From positions 1-37,183 of IMG/VR virus record IMGVR_UViG_3300044724_005005: a stretch of DNA of 37,183 nt; one strand, written 5' to 3'. The notes under the pieces were generated by a model. That model made no database searches and had not been told where the DNA came from. It was given only the letters and a program-made list of their open reading frames with translations. This stretch comes from a virus (lineage: Duplodnaviria > Caudoviricetes). A program made the translations under genes and the position numbers. Of the stretch, positions 8,566 to 17,147 are shown one piece after another; position 1 is the first letter of the stretch, and every line of letters starts with the position of its first letter.

Positions 8566-10173
8566 CTACGAAACTGTAATGTTCAGCGTGCCGAAAGTTA
8601 GCAAAGTACCAAGGTTGCGAACTGTCAAGTCACTATCAACTGCTCCTGTACCGTTTAGTACCGTAAATGTGTTGCTGTCGTTGCTTCCCCCGGTGAAAGC
8701 GCTACCCGAATTCATTTCAGCCTCACCTAGTGTACTTGGACTACCCCCAGCAGTAGACCCCGTTCCAGGGTAGGTTGCTGAAGCATCGACGCTACCTCCG
8801 TTCGAAGTATCGTTATACAGAAGACCGTTAGCTACGGCTTCAAACGGCTGATTAGTTGCCTGCCCGCTAGAAATAACTACATCAGAAGTATTTCTAAACT
8901 CATATAAAACTGGATCAGCAGCGTCGGCATCAACATAGTAAAATCCAAGTTGTCCCGCTGTATATGTCCCATCCGGGGAAACTGTAGCGAGTGCTCCGGT
9001 ACCTATGTCTAAATTAACAGTAGTCTTCGTGCCACCAGACGATGTGTAGTAACCAATGTTATCTGTACCAATAAGTGTCTGACCATCAAGCGTCAAAGAA
9101 GAAACATAATCCACACCAGAAATACCATCAATCAACGAAATCAACTCGTTCTGGCGCACCGTGTTCGCAGACCAATCCCACACGTTTGGATCAAAATACG
9201 CTTTAATTGCATTCTCCACAGCAGTCTTCACAGCCGAAGCAACCGCACCTGAAGTCTTAACTACAGTAGCCGTAACACTAACAGAAGCAAGCTCGGCGCT
9301 CATCACATCAATCGTCACACCAGAAGCAACCCTGGCTGTAAGAGAATTATACAAATCTGACAGGTTGTTAGTCGAAACAGGAACCTGCGCCGTAGCAGAA
9401 GCCGCCGTACTCACATTACCGCCAACAGCCACAAGAGCATAACCATCATGATTGCCATAATCCGTGGCGGTAGTGTCACGGTCCCGATAACGTCTACGGT
9501 TATAAACCTCTACCCGGTTAGCGTAAGACTTGTTAGAAGACACAAAAGATTTAATCTGTGTCGCCGTGGTAGAAGCTGTTGTGTAGCTAGCCAATAACGC
9601 TACACCACGGTCGAAATACTCGTTGTCAGTCTCAGCATTCAAACCGCCAGACGGGTCTGTAGCAAAAGTAGCTGAATCAAAACTATCACTACCCGTAAGC
9701 AGCGACAAAGACGAACCAGTAACCCCACTCAAGTTGTAAGCAGTACCAACAGCTTGAGCAGTCACAGCCAAACCAGAACCAGAAGTTCCAGTAAAGTCAG
9801 CGTCTAACACAAACCTGTACGACCTAGCAGTAGAGGCATCGTAGTATAAAAACTCTGTCCCCGCTCTCAGGGTGGCCGAAGAGAACATGGTGACATCAAT
9901 AGTGGCAGTAGCTTTAGTACCGTCGCTTCTTGTGAGACCAAAGAGTTGAAGTAAAACTTCTGTAGTGGCCGCAGGAAGTCGGTTAATATCAGCAGCAAGC
10001 TCTGAAGAACGATTAGCAATCGCTTCAGCCAAAACAACTTCAATCTGCCCAGCTTCAGGTCGCCAAACAGGCAGATTACCACGACCAGACTTGAGAATTG
10101 TATTTAAAACTTCGACAGGATTATCGTCGTAGACAGTCAAGTCCACATATGAAGAAACATCAGGGGACGCCAT
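8566..10173 (-). CDS. Baseplate J-like wedge protein
   Basis: W-x-P...EVVLAEA, LLQLFGLTRxxGTKA, GGLNAETDNEY and ELISLIDGISGVDYV motifs; located after gp25. Confidence 0.85.
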   Translation of the reverse strand: MASPDVSSYVDLTVYDDNPVEVLNTILKSGRGNLPVWRPEAGQIEVVLAEAIANRSSELAADINRLPAATTEVLLQLFGLTRSDGTKATATIDVTMFSSATLRAGTEFLYYDASTARSYRFVLDADFTGTSGSGLAVTAQAVGTAYNLSGVTGSSLSLLTGSDSFDSATFATDPSGGLNAETDNEYFDRGVALLASYTTASTTATQIKSFVSSNKSYANRVEVYNRRRYRDRDTTATDYGNHDGYALVAVGGNVSTAASATAQVPVSTNNLSDLYNSLTARVASGVTIDVMSAELASVSVTATVVKTSGAVASAVKTAVENAIKAYFDPNVWDWSANTVRQNELISLIDGISGVDYVSSLTLDGQTLIGTDNIGYYTSSGGTKTTVNLDIGTGALATVSPDGTYTAGQLGFYYVDADAADPVLYEFRNTSDVVISSGQATNQPFEAVANGLLYNDTSNGGSVDASATYPGTGSTAGGSPSTLGEAEMNSGSAFTGGSNDSNTFTVLNGTGAVDSDLTVRNLGTLLTFGTLNITVS

Positions 10174-10185
10174 AATCTACCTCAC

Positions 10186-10494
10186 TCACTTAAACTGAAT
10201 TAAAACATCAGTTACAACACCAGCATTTTTAAGAAGACTAATTTCTTCTAAAACAATATCCTTATCTGCAGGATAGAAATTCAAAAAATCTACAGAAAAA
10301 GCTGCAACGTCAAACTTATCGAACACTGGATCTCTGATACCGAACTCTGGCATCAGTACTCTTTCGTTTTTCCTTGTTTTTAGAAACGCAGAAATCTGCT
10401 CAGCCTTGTACGTATCTGTCCCGGTATTGACAGTAGAAATCTTAGAGTTTGCCGTGTCGATACTGAAAGGATAAGACATAACAAAAGCAGCCAT
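10186..10494 (-). CDS. Baseplate gp25/GpW-like protein
   Basis: YPFSI...LKTRKNERVLMPEFGI motif; start moved to ATG 10494, which follows a GGAGG RBS. Confidence 0.85.
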   Translation of the reverse strand: MAAFVMSYPFSIDTANSKISTVNTGTDTYKAEQISAFLKTRKNERVLMPEFGIRDPVFDKFDVAAFSVDFLNFYPADKDIVLEEISLLKNAGVVTDVLIQFK

Positions 10495-10554
10495 TTTTTC
10501 CTCCAAAAAGCCCTCATATACATTCTACCGAAAAAATAAACAAGCTAACAACTA

Positions 10555-10890
10555 CTAGTCTGAAGAAACTTCACTAAACCAATCAGCAAAATACGGATCA
10601 GTCACGGGAATGACACACAAATCAACCAAGTCAATTTCCCACTTGTTGTCCTCAACCGTCGCCCAAGCTATTTCAAGACTAGACTCAGCAGGAACCGTAC
10701 CAATATTGCACTCTAAACCAAACACGTTAATAAAATAGTTGACCATACAACCAGAAATGCCCTCGTGGTAGCAAGGTGCATCTTCGCTGTTACCATGAGG
10801 GCAGATACTGGGAGCAATATCAATATTTGTCTTGTTAATGTTTAGTAGAATGCGGTGACCATCAACATGCCATTCTACTTCGTTAATCAT
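10555..10890 (-). CDS. Hypothetical Cys/His-containing protein
   Basis: 111 aa; CPH...C-Y-H...C...C pattern may bind metal. Confidence 0.65.
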   Translation of the reverse strand: MINEVEWHVDGHRILLNINKTNIDIAPSICPHGNSEDAPCYHEGISGCMVNYFINVFGLECNIGTVPAESSLEIAWATVEDNKWEIDLVDLCVIPVTDPYFADWFSEVSSD

Positions 10891-10900
10891 TCGATTTACC

Positions 10901-11245
10901 TTACCGTGTAACCTCTAAGTCAAGCGTGAAGATACCTTCAACAACTCGTTCTACGTTGCCTTCGCTGTCTTCAATCTCTAAGTCGTAAACACCCCCGTCA
11001 GTTAAAGCAGCGGTGTCAGTAGCTGAGATAGACAACACGATCTCACCAGAACTATTCGTTGAGATTCTACCGTTAGCGGTAGTTAACTCGATAATCGTGG
11101 TAGAAGAACCCGTAGTGCGGCGAACATGCATTCGACCCGTATACGAGCTAAGGTCACGTGCGTCCCCGTCGCTATCTTTTACAGTTAGGGTGCGGGAAAA
11201 CGTAGAACCCTGCTCGCACACCATGTCATAAGCTCCAGCAGCCAT
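10901..11245 (-). CDS. Small beta-sandwich virion adaptor (BppU/LtfC-like); paralogue of 2426-2770
   Basis: MAAGAYDMVCEQGSTF...DLSSYTGRMHVRR...GVYDLEI...VERVVEGIF...EVTR; AAGGAG RBS. Confidence 0.75.
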   Translation of the reverse strand: MAAGAYDMVCEQGSTFSRTLTVKDSDGDARDLSSYTGRMHVRRTTGSSTTIIELTTANGRISTNSSGEIVLSISATDTAALTDGGVYDLEIEDSEGNVERVVEGIFTLDLEVTR

Positions 11246-11301
11246 AGAAATCTCCTTTACAAGACCTATCTCTAGTATACCGAAGCTTCAGAGCACTTAT
11301 C

Positions 11302-11493
11302 TCACGACTTGGCAGTCTTACCTGACTCCTTCGGAGTTTCTTCTTCAGCAAGAGAAGCCTGCTCCTGAAGTTCAGCAATAACACGCTGAGTGGTGTTCAG
11401 GTTCACACGCAAAACGGTGTTAGCGGCGGTTAGCTGCTTAATCTGCTCAAGCAGGTCTTCTACAATTGCATTAGGATCAATATTTGTTTCCAT
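11302..11493 (-). CDS. Small coiled-coil protein
   Basis: Start re-assigned to ATG 11493 (GAAAGG RBS); 63 aa with a heptad pattern. Confidence 0.65.
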   Translation of the reverse strand: METNIDPNAIVEDLLEQIKQLTAANTVLRVNLNTTQRVIAELQEQASLAEEETPKESGKTAKS

Positions 11494-11512
11494 TTCAAAC
11501 CTTTCAGGAAGT

Positions 11513-12031
11513 TTACCACCAAGCCGGTGCTGGGCGTCCTTTTGACCATACGGCAAAAGATTCTTTGTCTATTATATAAAACTCACGATAAATGTCAACG
11601 GCTTCATCAATCGGGGCATGCTTAAAACCAAGACGTTCGTGGAATGCATCCCCTACAGCCAGCGCAATATCAGTCAACGCTCCATCAGGAAGAAGATAGG
11701 ACGAATCAACAATCTTGTCCAACTGCTTCAAACAAGCATGTTCTTTGTTGAACCGGAAACTGAACTCTTCACACAACGCATAGGCGTGCTCAAAAAGCCA
11801 GTTAAAGTTACTGATCGACTCGCCCACCCAACGGGTACTCGGATGATTCGCATACCCGCCACGATGCGGCGTACCCTTAGCAGTCAAAGGCACATCTTCG
11901 TCCGTAGCGCCATGCCGACGAAGAGCAGACACAAGCATCTGGACGCTCTCAACAGTCATCTTCGGCACATGCTTATCACACAACGCCTGGGCTGCTTCTA
12001 CGGGATCAGATTCAACAACAAATATGTTCAT
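11513..12031 (-). CDS. Pyrimidine-dimer DNA glycosylase / T4 endonuclease V-like family protein
   Basis: MNIF...DP..AA..LCDKHVPKM..ES.QML, NHPST.W, YR.FY...K...A.W.KGR.AP.WW motifs; start at ATG 12031 with AAGGA RBS. Confidence 0.8.
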   Translation of the reverse strand: MNIFVVESDPVEAAQALCDKHVPKMTVESVQMLVSALRRHGATDEDVPLTAKGTPHRGGYANHPSTRWVGESISNFNWLFEHAYALCEEFSFRFNKEHACLKQLDKIVDSSYLLPDGALTDIALAVGDAFHERLGFKHAPIDEAVDIYREFYIIDKESFAVWSKGRPAPAWW

Positions 12032-12065
12032 GATGTCCTTTAATACGTTAGCTACTACGCCACTG

Positions 12066-12094
12066 ACTGTAACACACAACTAAGCGAGCGTCAA
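12066..12094 (-). promoter_or_regulatory. Sigma-70-type promoter for the glycosylase gene
   Basis: TTGACG-17 nt-TACAGT with TG extended -10. Confidence 0.7.
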
Positions 12095-12108
12095 GCGATG
12101 CGCATCAA

Positions 12109-12717
12109 CTACCCGTAGATGAACTCCTCAAAGTCAAAGTAAACCTGCTCGCAGCCACCAGCGAAGTAAGCCGCTGCAACAATATGTTCACGCTCGTCCT
12201 GAGACATGCTGCCGAATCCAATCACGTCAGTCCGCAAGAACTCTACCGCAGCTTCCAAAGTATCATTGAAGTTGCGTTCAGCCTGATAAACATACCAGCC
12301 CTCACGAACCCCTTGATCCCAAAGATCATACAACACTGGGCAGTTGATCTCTTCAGCCGCCACATAAGACGCCCAGTAACGTTCATCCACAGAGTAACCA
12401 CCAACACCAAGGTAAAAGTTAAATTCATCAATAGTGGCTAGGAAAGCGTCATCCACCGGCTTACCGACAAGATCTACCGTATTATCAACAATCGTCTTGC
12501 TGTAGTCCCAGTTTTCGATAACTTCAGGCTCCGGCTCAGGCTCAGGCAGCGGATCAGCCCCATCACCAATACCCTCATCCGATTCAACCGGGACAGGATT
12601 ACCGTCAATAGCAATAACTTCACCATCCTCATCCACAGTAACCGTGGTAGCCGTACCGGAACTGCAGGCCCCGCCAACAATGGCGAAAGCCGCAACAAGC
12701 ATCATAATTTTCTTCAT
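12109..12717 (-). CDS. Lipoprotein of unknown function
   Basis: MKKIMMLVAAFAIVGGAC signal peptide/lipobox and a PEPEPEPE linker; start re-assigned to 12717 because the longer ORF overlaps the tRNA. Confidence 0.75.
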   Translation of the reverse strand: MKKIMMLVAAFAIVGGACSSGTATTVTVDEDGEVIAIDGNPVPVESDEGIGDGADPLPEPEPEPEVIENWDYSKTIVDNTVDLVGKPVDDAFLATIDEFNFYLGVGGYSVDERYWASYVAAEEINCPVLYDLWDQGVREGWYVYQAERNFNDTLEAAVEFLRTDVIGFGSMSQDEREHIVAAAYFAGGCEQVYFDFEEFIYG

Positions 12718-12762
12718 TTTATTTCTTTCATTAGTGAATATGAAAACACTTTTCACAGTGCG

Positions 12763-12845
12763 TACCCCCGGTGGGACTCGAACCCACAAACCGTGAAGGT
12801 GACGGATTTTAAGTCCGCTGCGTATGCCAATTCCGCCACGGGGGC
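12763..12845 (-). tRNA. tRNA-Leu, anticodon UAA; CCA not encoded
   Basis: GCCCCCG/CGGGGGT acceptor stem, D-arm TGGCGGAATTGGCATACGC, anticodon arm GCGGA-CTTAAAA-TCCGT, long variable arm, T-arm GTGGGTTCGAGTCCCAC. Confidence 0.95.
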
Positions 12846-12856
12846 TAGTGAGAAGC

Positions 12857-12865
12857 AGTGTAGCA
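12857..12865 (-). promoter_or_regulatory. Extended -10 element upstream of the tRNA
   Basis: TGCTACACT ending 11 nt upstream of the tRNA 5' end. Confidence 0.5.
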
Positions 12866-12886
12866 CCTACCTCTCAAACAACAACC

Positions 12887-13810
12887 TCAGTCGTCGTTTT
12901 CTTGACTAAATGCCCAAGCAATCCCAGAAGAAGGATGCCGCAACCGGGCAATAGCCTTAGCCTCTAGCTGCCGGACACGCTCACGAGTCAAACCCATCGA
13001 CTCGCCAATCTCCTGCAACGTCTTCGGAGCGCCCTGACCCGCAAGACCATGATGCTTAATCAACACATCATACTCCCGGTCAGGCAGAATCGACAAAGCC
13101 TGCATGATATCGTCAGCGAAACTGCCCTCAATACCTGCGTCCTCTACCGCAATCTGATCCGAATTCACCAACGTGTCAGCATGCGAAACCATGCTTTCCT
13201 CGCTCAACGGCACATCCAAAGACTCCAACTTTGTGTTCTCCATATGACCCCAAATCTCATCCAAATAATCGTCTTCCCAATCCAGATAGTCAGCAATCTC
13301 ATACATCGAAAAACTGCTACGGCTAGACTCAAACTCCTCAACCACAGCAGCAAGCTTACGCACATCAGCCTCAACATGCATAGGCAGACGTATAGCACGA
13401 CCCTGATTCGCTATGGCACGCTGACACGCCTGTCGGCACCACCACGTAGCATATGTAGAGAACTTGAACCCACGCTCAGGATCGAACTTGTCTGCCGCAC
13501 GCATAAGACCAATCGTGGCTTCCTGAATGAGATCTTCATACTCCATGCGGGACTGCGAACGTGCATACTTAGCTGCAGTGTCCATCGCTAGCCGCAAGTT
13601 GTGCGAAACGAACGTGTCCTTGGAACGCTTACCTTCCCGAACGGCTGCGTTCAACCGCCGCCTCTCCATGGGATCAATACTAACGCCTTCAATGTGGGAT
13701 TCGTTGAGAATCCGGTCGGCTTCTAGTCCTTCTTGAATTGCCCGTCCCAGCACAATCTCTTCTTCACGAGTAAGAATCTTGTGCTTTGAACTGAGAGTGT
13801 ATCCAGCCAT
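12887..13810 (-). CDS. RNA polymerase sigma-70 factor (RpoD/SigA/SigB-like, regions 1.2-4)
   Basis: LTREEE (1.2), NLRL...AAKY, DLIQE..IGLMRAADKFDPERGFKFSTYATWW.RQA (2), RLPMH (3.0), TLQEIG..MGLTRERVRQLEAKAIARLRHP (4.2); start 13810 with GAAAGG RBS. Confidence 0.95.
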   Translation of the reverse strand: MAGYTLSSKHKILTREEEIVLGRAIQEGLEADRILNESHIEGVSIDPMERRRLNAAVREGKRSKDTFVSHNLRLAMDTAAKYARSQSRMEYEDLIQEATIGLMRAADKFDPERGFKFSTYATWWCRQACQRAIANQGRAIRLPMHVEADVRKLAAVVEEFESSRSSFSMYEIADYLDWEDDYLDEIWGHMENTKLESLDVPLSEESMVSHADTLVNSDQIAVEDAGIEGSFADDIMQALSILPDREYDVLIKHHGLAGQGAPKTLQEIGESMGLTRERVRQLEAKAIARLRHPSSGIAWAFSQENDD

Positions 13811-13869
13811 ATAGCTGCCTTTCATCTGAGATATACGGTATCTTCTACGCTTTGCGGAAGATGTCGGAG

Positions 13870-13898
13870 ACCTTAGCACCGATCAAACGGGGACACAA
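13870..13898 (-). promoter_or_regulatory. Candidate promoter for the sigma gene
   Basis: TTGTGT-17 nt-TAAGGT with TG extension. Confidence 0.4.
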
Positions 13899-13972
13899 CC
13901 CCACATCGCCAAGTTTTGCGAATAATTTTGAAGAAATGCTAGTAAGTCGCCGGTTTTGTAAGTAATACGAGC

Positions 13973-15907
13973 CTAAAACTCGTAAGTCGGTGACTCAAAA
14001 AGTGCCTTCCGCAAAGTCTCGTCACCATACTTCTTGCGGTCGTCGTCAGTCAACTCAATTACCTCATGTTCGCCTTCTGTATATAGCGTACCCCATGACT
14101 CTCCACCAAGATCAGGCTCAGTAGAAATGTGCACATCTTTAAGGATCATCTCCATAACCACACCCGCTTCCCTACACATCTCCACAGCCGTTTCCTCGGG
14201 GAAACTGAAAAGGATCTCATCGTGGATAGGCAGCAAAGCATAGTCCCAATAGCCTGCCTCGTACAGCTTCACCATGGCTCTCCCGAGAACATCTCGGGCC
14301 GTGGACTGAATACAGTAGTTGAGTGCAGCGTAGGGCCTCTCAGCGTCTACAGGAAGCTTCCTGCCGGTGTGCGTAATAACATAGTTACGCTTGCCTGTTT
14401 TAACCGGATGCGCTAGCTGATGCGCATAGCGGGTAACACCCTGGTAGGTGCTGTCGAACAAGTCGCACACTTTCTGGGCTTCTTCAACTGAAAGTCCTGA
14501 TTGTCTAGAAAGCGTCTGCGGTCCTGCCCCGTAAACCTTACCGAAATTCACTGTTTTAGCAATCTTTCTGGTAACTCCAGTGTTGTCAGCGGTGGTTTGA
14601 TGCAAATCGCCGCCTTCTTTGAACACCTGCAACATAACAGGGTCTTGGGAAAGTGCAGCTAAAACTCTTAGCTCTACGCCTGAGAAGTCGATGGAAGCCA
14701 TCCGACATCCTTCTTCTGCAAGGAACATTCGACGTATAGCATCACCGCTAGACGGTAGCTGCTGCAACGGAGGGTCTGTCAAAGACATTCTGCCTGTCCG
14801 TGCCTGCAAACTGTTCATCTTGGGATGGACTCTCAAATTGCTGTCCATGCTGGCAAGAGAAGAAATTACGTAACTATCTCGCCATTTAGCACTGTTCTTA
14901 GCAGCCATAACTGCACGGGCAAGCTCTCCAGCCATACCAGAGTCTTCATCGTCAATAATGGCCTGCAAAACCATCTTATCGACCTTCAAGCCGCCCGAAG
15001 CAGTGGTTTCGGTAAGCCGCACGCCCAGCTTAGTCAAAGCTTCAGCTACATCTTTCGTAGCGTTATGGTTTTCGACCCCAAACGAACGAACGACATCAAT
15101 ATGGGCCTGTTCTTCAGCATTCATTTGCTCAACAAGCTGCTCGGCGTAGGCTACGTCAATACGCAGACCCCGACGTTCCATATCGGCAACAAGCTTCAAA
15201 ATCTGATGCTCATACTTGACCAAATGGTCCATAGTTTGACGTTTAATTTCCTTACGCAAATGAGGAAACAGACGAGCCGTCAAAATCACGTCAGTGCCTG
15301 CATAATGCACAAGGGTCGGGTGTGCGGCAGGAATGTTTCGCCAACCTTGCTTAACCGACCACTTCTGCTGCTTAAACAACTCCTTAAGCGCCTGATCCGA
15401 ATCAGGAGCACTCTTGTCAACATGATGTGCAGCAAGGTTCTTCAAACCATGACCTACACCACCCTCAACCCGGCTACGAGGATCAGCCAAATGCGACAAA
15501 ATCTTCGTATCATAAGTTCTATCTAAAAGTTCGATAGCGTCAACATGATCGTGGCGATCTAGCCCCAACGCATCGAAAACAGCATTATGGGCCAGAAGCC
15601 TACAATCGGTCTCGTTCATCACGATATCAATAGATCGCTGAAACCACGGCTCTTTCCAAATGAACACAAACGCTTCATCCTGATCGCCCCATTGAATACT
15701 CTTAATCTCCCACGTTGTGGAGAAAATATCAAGGCCCGTGGCCTCAATATCGTACGCAAGAGGACGCTGTTTACTAAACAGCCAGTCTCTAAAATTAGCG
15801 AAATCGTCGTCAGACCTTACCAGCGTGACGTTGCCGATAGACGTATCAGCTACATACGTTTCGTGCAACCAATCATCAAACAAAGTAAGGGAGGTGTCTT
15901 CACTCAT
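13973..15907 (-). CDS. polA: Family A DNA polymerase (3'-5' exonuclease plus polymerase; no 5'-3' exonuclease)
   Basis: ExoI YDIEATG, ExoII HNAVFD, ExoIII YAGTD; motif A DFSGVELR, motif B RKIAKTVNFGKVYG, motif C IHDEI. Confidence 0.95.
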   Translation of the reverse strand: MSEDTSLTLFDDWLHETYVADTSIGNVTLVRSDDDFANFRDWLFSKQRPLAYDIEATGLDIFSTTWEIKSIQWGDQDEAFVFIWKEPWFQRSIDIVMNETDCRLLAHNAVFDALGLDRHDHVDAIELLDRTYDTKILSHLADPRSRVEGGVGHGLKNLAAHHVDKSAPDSDQALKELFKQQKWSVKQGWRNIPAAHPTLVHYAGTDVILTARLFPHLRKEIKRQTMDHLVKYEHQILKLVADMERRGLRIDVAYAEQLVEQMNAEEQAHIDVVRSFGVENHNATKDVAEALTKLGVRLTETTASGGLKVDKMVLQAIIDDEDSGMAGELARAVMAAKNSAKWRDSYVISSLASMDSNLRVHPKMNSLQARTGRMSLTDPPLQQLPSSGDAIRRMFLAEEGCRMASIDFSGVELRVLAALSQDPVMLQVFKEGGDLHQTTADNTGVTRKIAKTVNFGKVYGAGPQTLSRQSGLSVEEAQKVCDLFDSTYQGVTRYAHQLAHPVKTGKRNYVITHTGRKLPVDAERPYAALNYCIQSTARDVLGRAMVKLYEAGYWDYALLPIHDEILFSFPEETAVEMCREAGVVMEMILKDVHISTEPDLGGESWGTLYTEGEHEVIELTDDDRKKYGDETLRKALFESPTYEF

Positions 15908-16926
15908 GCCACAATCATATCATGCGGAGCGGACTCACGCAAGGAGGCGTTGGAAACTTTCATAAACGTAGCGTTGTTATGAAGCTCAAGAATGTTCTTC
16001 GCACCCACATAGCTGCAAGTAGACTTGATGCCTCGCTCCAACCCTTCAACGATAGATTCAACGCTGCCCTTATAGTCAACGTAGCCTGACACTCCCTCAG
16101 GGTAGTCAGAACCTGCTGCTGTTGAAGCCATACCACGGTAAGCCTTTACCTTCTTACCGTCTACTTCCATGATCTCGCCGGGAGCTTCGTCGGTGCCTGC
16201 AAACATGTTGCCAATCATGACAGCATCAGCGCCAGCGGCTAGTGCCTTAGCAGCATCGCCGGGAGTCTTGATACCGCCATCAGCAATAATCTGCACATCA
16301 TAGGCATCGGCGGCTTCAGCACAATCAGCAATAGCAGTTAGCTGCGGAACACCAACACCGGTCACAACCCGTGTAGAACAAGCACCGCCAGGACCGATAC
16401 CGACCTTAACGACATTAGCGCCAGCTTCAGCAAAGTCAGCAACACCCTGACCAGTAGCCACATTACCACCAACAATAGTCACTTCGTGATCAAACTGATC
16501 CTTAATGTAGTGAATAGCGTCCAGTGCATGAGCGCTATGACCGTGGGCAATGTCCAAAACAACGATCTTAGTTCGCCAATTGTTGACCTCTCTGACTACG
16601 GCATCAAGATCATCGTTGACACCGAACGCTACAGCAGTGCGGTTAGTTCTACCTGCCACACAACCAAATCGGGAAGCAAGCGGATCCAAAGTACTCAACG
16701 GAATGTTGCGGTGAATGACACCGAAACCTCCCAGCCGATCCATAGCGCCAGCCATCTCATGACCACAAACAGTATCCATGTTCGCAGCGATGATAGGAAT
16801 ACGCATATCGACGTGGCCTAAACGAGTAGACAAATCTACGTCTGACCGGCTACGAACTTCCGAATACCGAGGAACAATCAGAACGTCTTCGAAAGACAGT
16901 CCTTCAGTTTCAGTCATCTTCATCAT
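15904..16926 (-). CDS. IMPDH/GMP reductase family enzyme without CBS domains (probably GMP reductase)
   Basis: [32 protein letters not shown], catalytic loop [26 protein letters not shown]...PEGV. Confidence 0.9.
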   Translation of the reverse strand: MMKMTETEGLSFEDVLIVPRYSEVRSRSDVDLSTRLGHVDMRIPIIAANMDTVCGHEMAGAMDRLGGFGVIHRNIPLSTLDPLASRFGCVAGRTNRTAVAFGVNDDLDAVVREVNNWRTKIVVLDIAHGHSAHALDAIHYIKDQFDHEVTIVGGNVATGQGVADFAEAGANVVKVGIGPGGACSTRVVTGVGVPQLTAIADCAEAADAYDVQIIADGGIKTPGDAAKALAAGADAVMIGNMFAGTDEAPGEIMEVDGKKVKAYRGMASTAAGSDYPEGVSGYVDYKGSVESIVEGLERGIKSTCSYVGAKNILELHNNATFMKVSNASLRESAPHDMIVA

Positions 16927-17143
16927 AAATTTGCTTCACCTGCTTAAGGTCGTATTCTTCTACAATTGTCCTCCGCACGTCTCTGTATTCGCTCTTGGAC
17001 GAATAGCAGAACGATTCTAAGCTGCCCGTACTGTTTGTCAGTACACACATGTCGCTGTCATAGCAGGCATACCATGTCGTGTCGCTACGATCATAGTAAA
17101 GCCTATCAGGCACGGACTCGTAAAGATTATCTTCAAGTGTCAT
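16910..17143 (-). CDS. Hypothetical protein
   Basis: Start re-assigned to ATG 17143 just after the exonuclease stop; 77 aa; overlaps the next gene's start. Confidence 0.6.
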   Translation of the reverse strand: MTLEDNLYESVPDRLYYDRSDTTWYACYDSDMCVLTNSTGSLESFCYSSKSEYRDVRRTIVEEYDLKQVKQIYDEDD

Positions 17144-17147
17144 AGTA

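Noticed and set aside
12523-12547. 6-bp GGCTCA-like tandem repeat as a phase-variation tract
   Set aside because: It is in-frame and degenerate, and simply encodes a Pro-Glu linker.
12717-12887. tRNA as a prophage attachment site
   Set aside because: No integrase and no duplicated tRNA 3' end in the window; phage genes continue on both sides.
13973-16926. Modified-base (Z-genome, DpoZ/PurZ) system suggested by a purine enzyme next to polA
   Set aside because: The enzyme has IMPDH/GMPR motifs, not PurA/PurZ motifs; no DatZ/MazZ or deazaguanine genes are seen; polymerase motifs look conventional (Phe at the 762-equivalent position).
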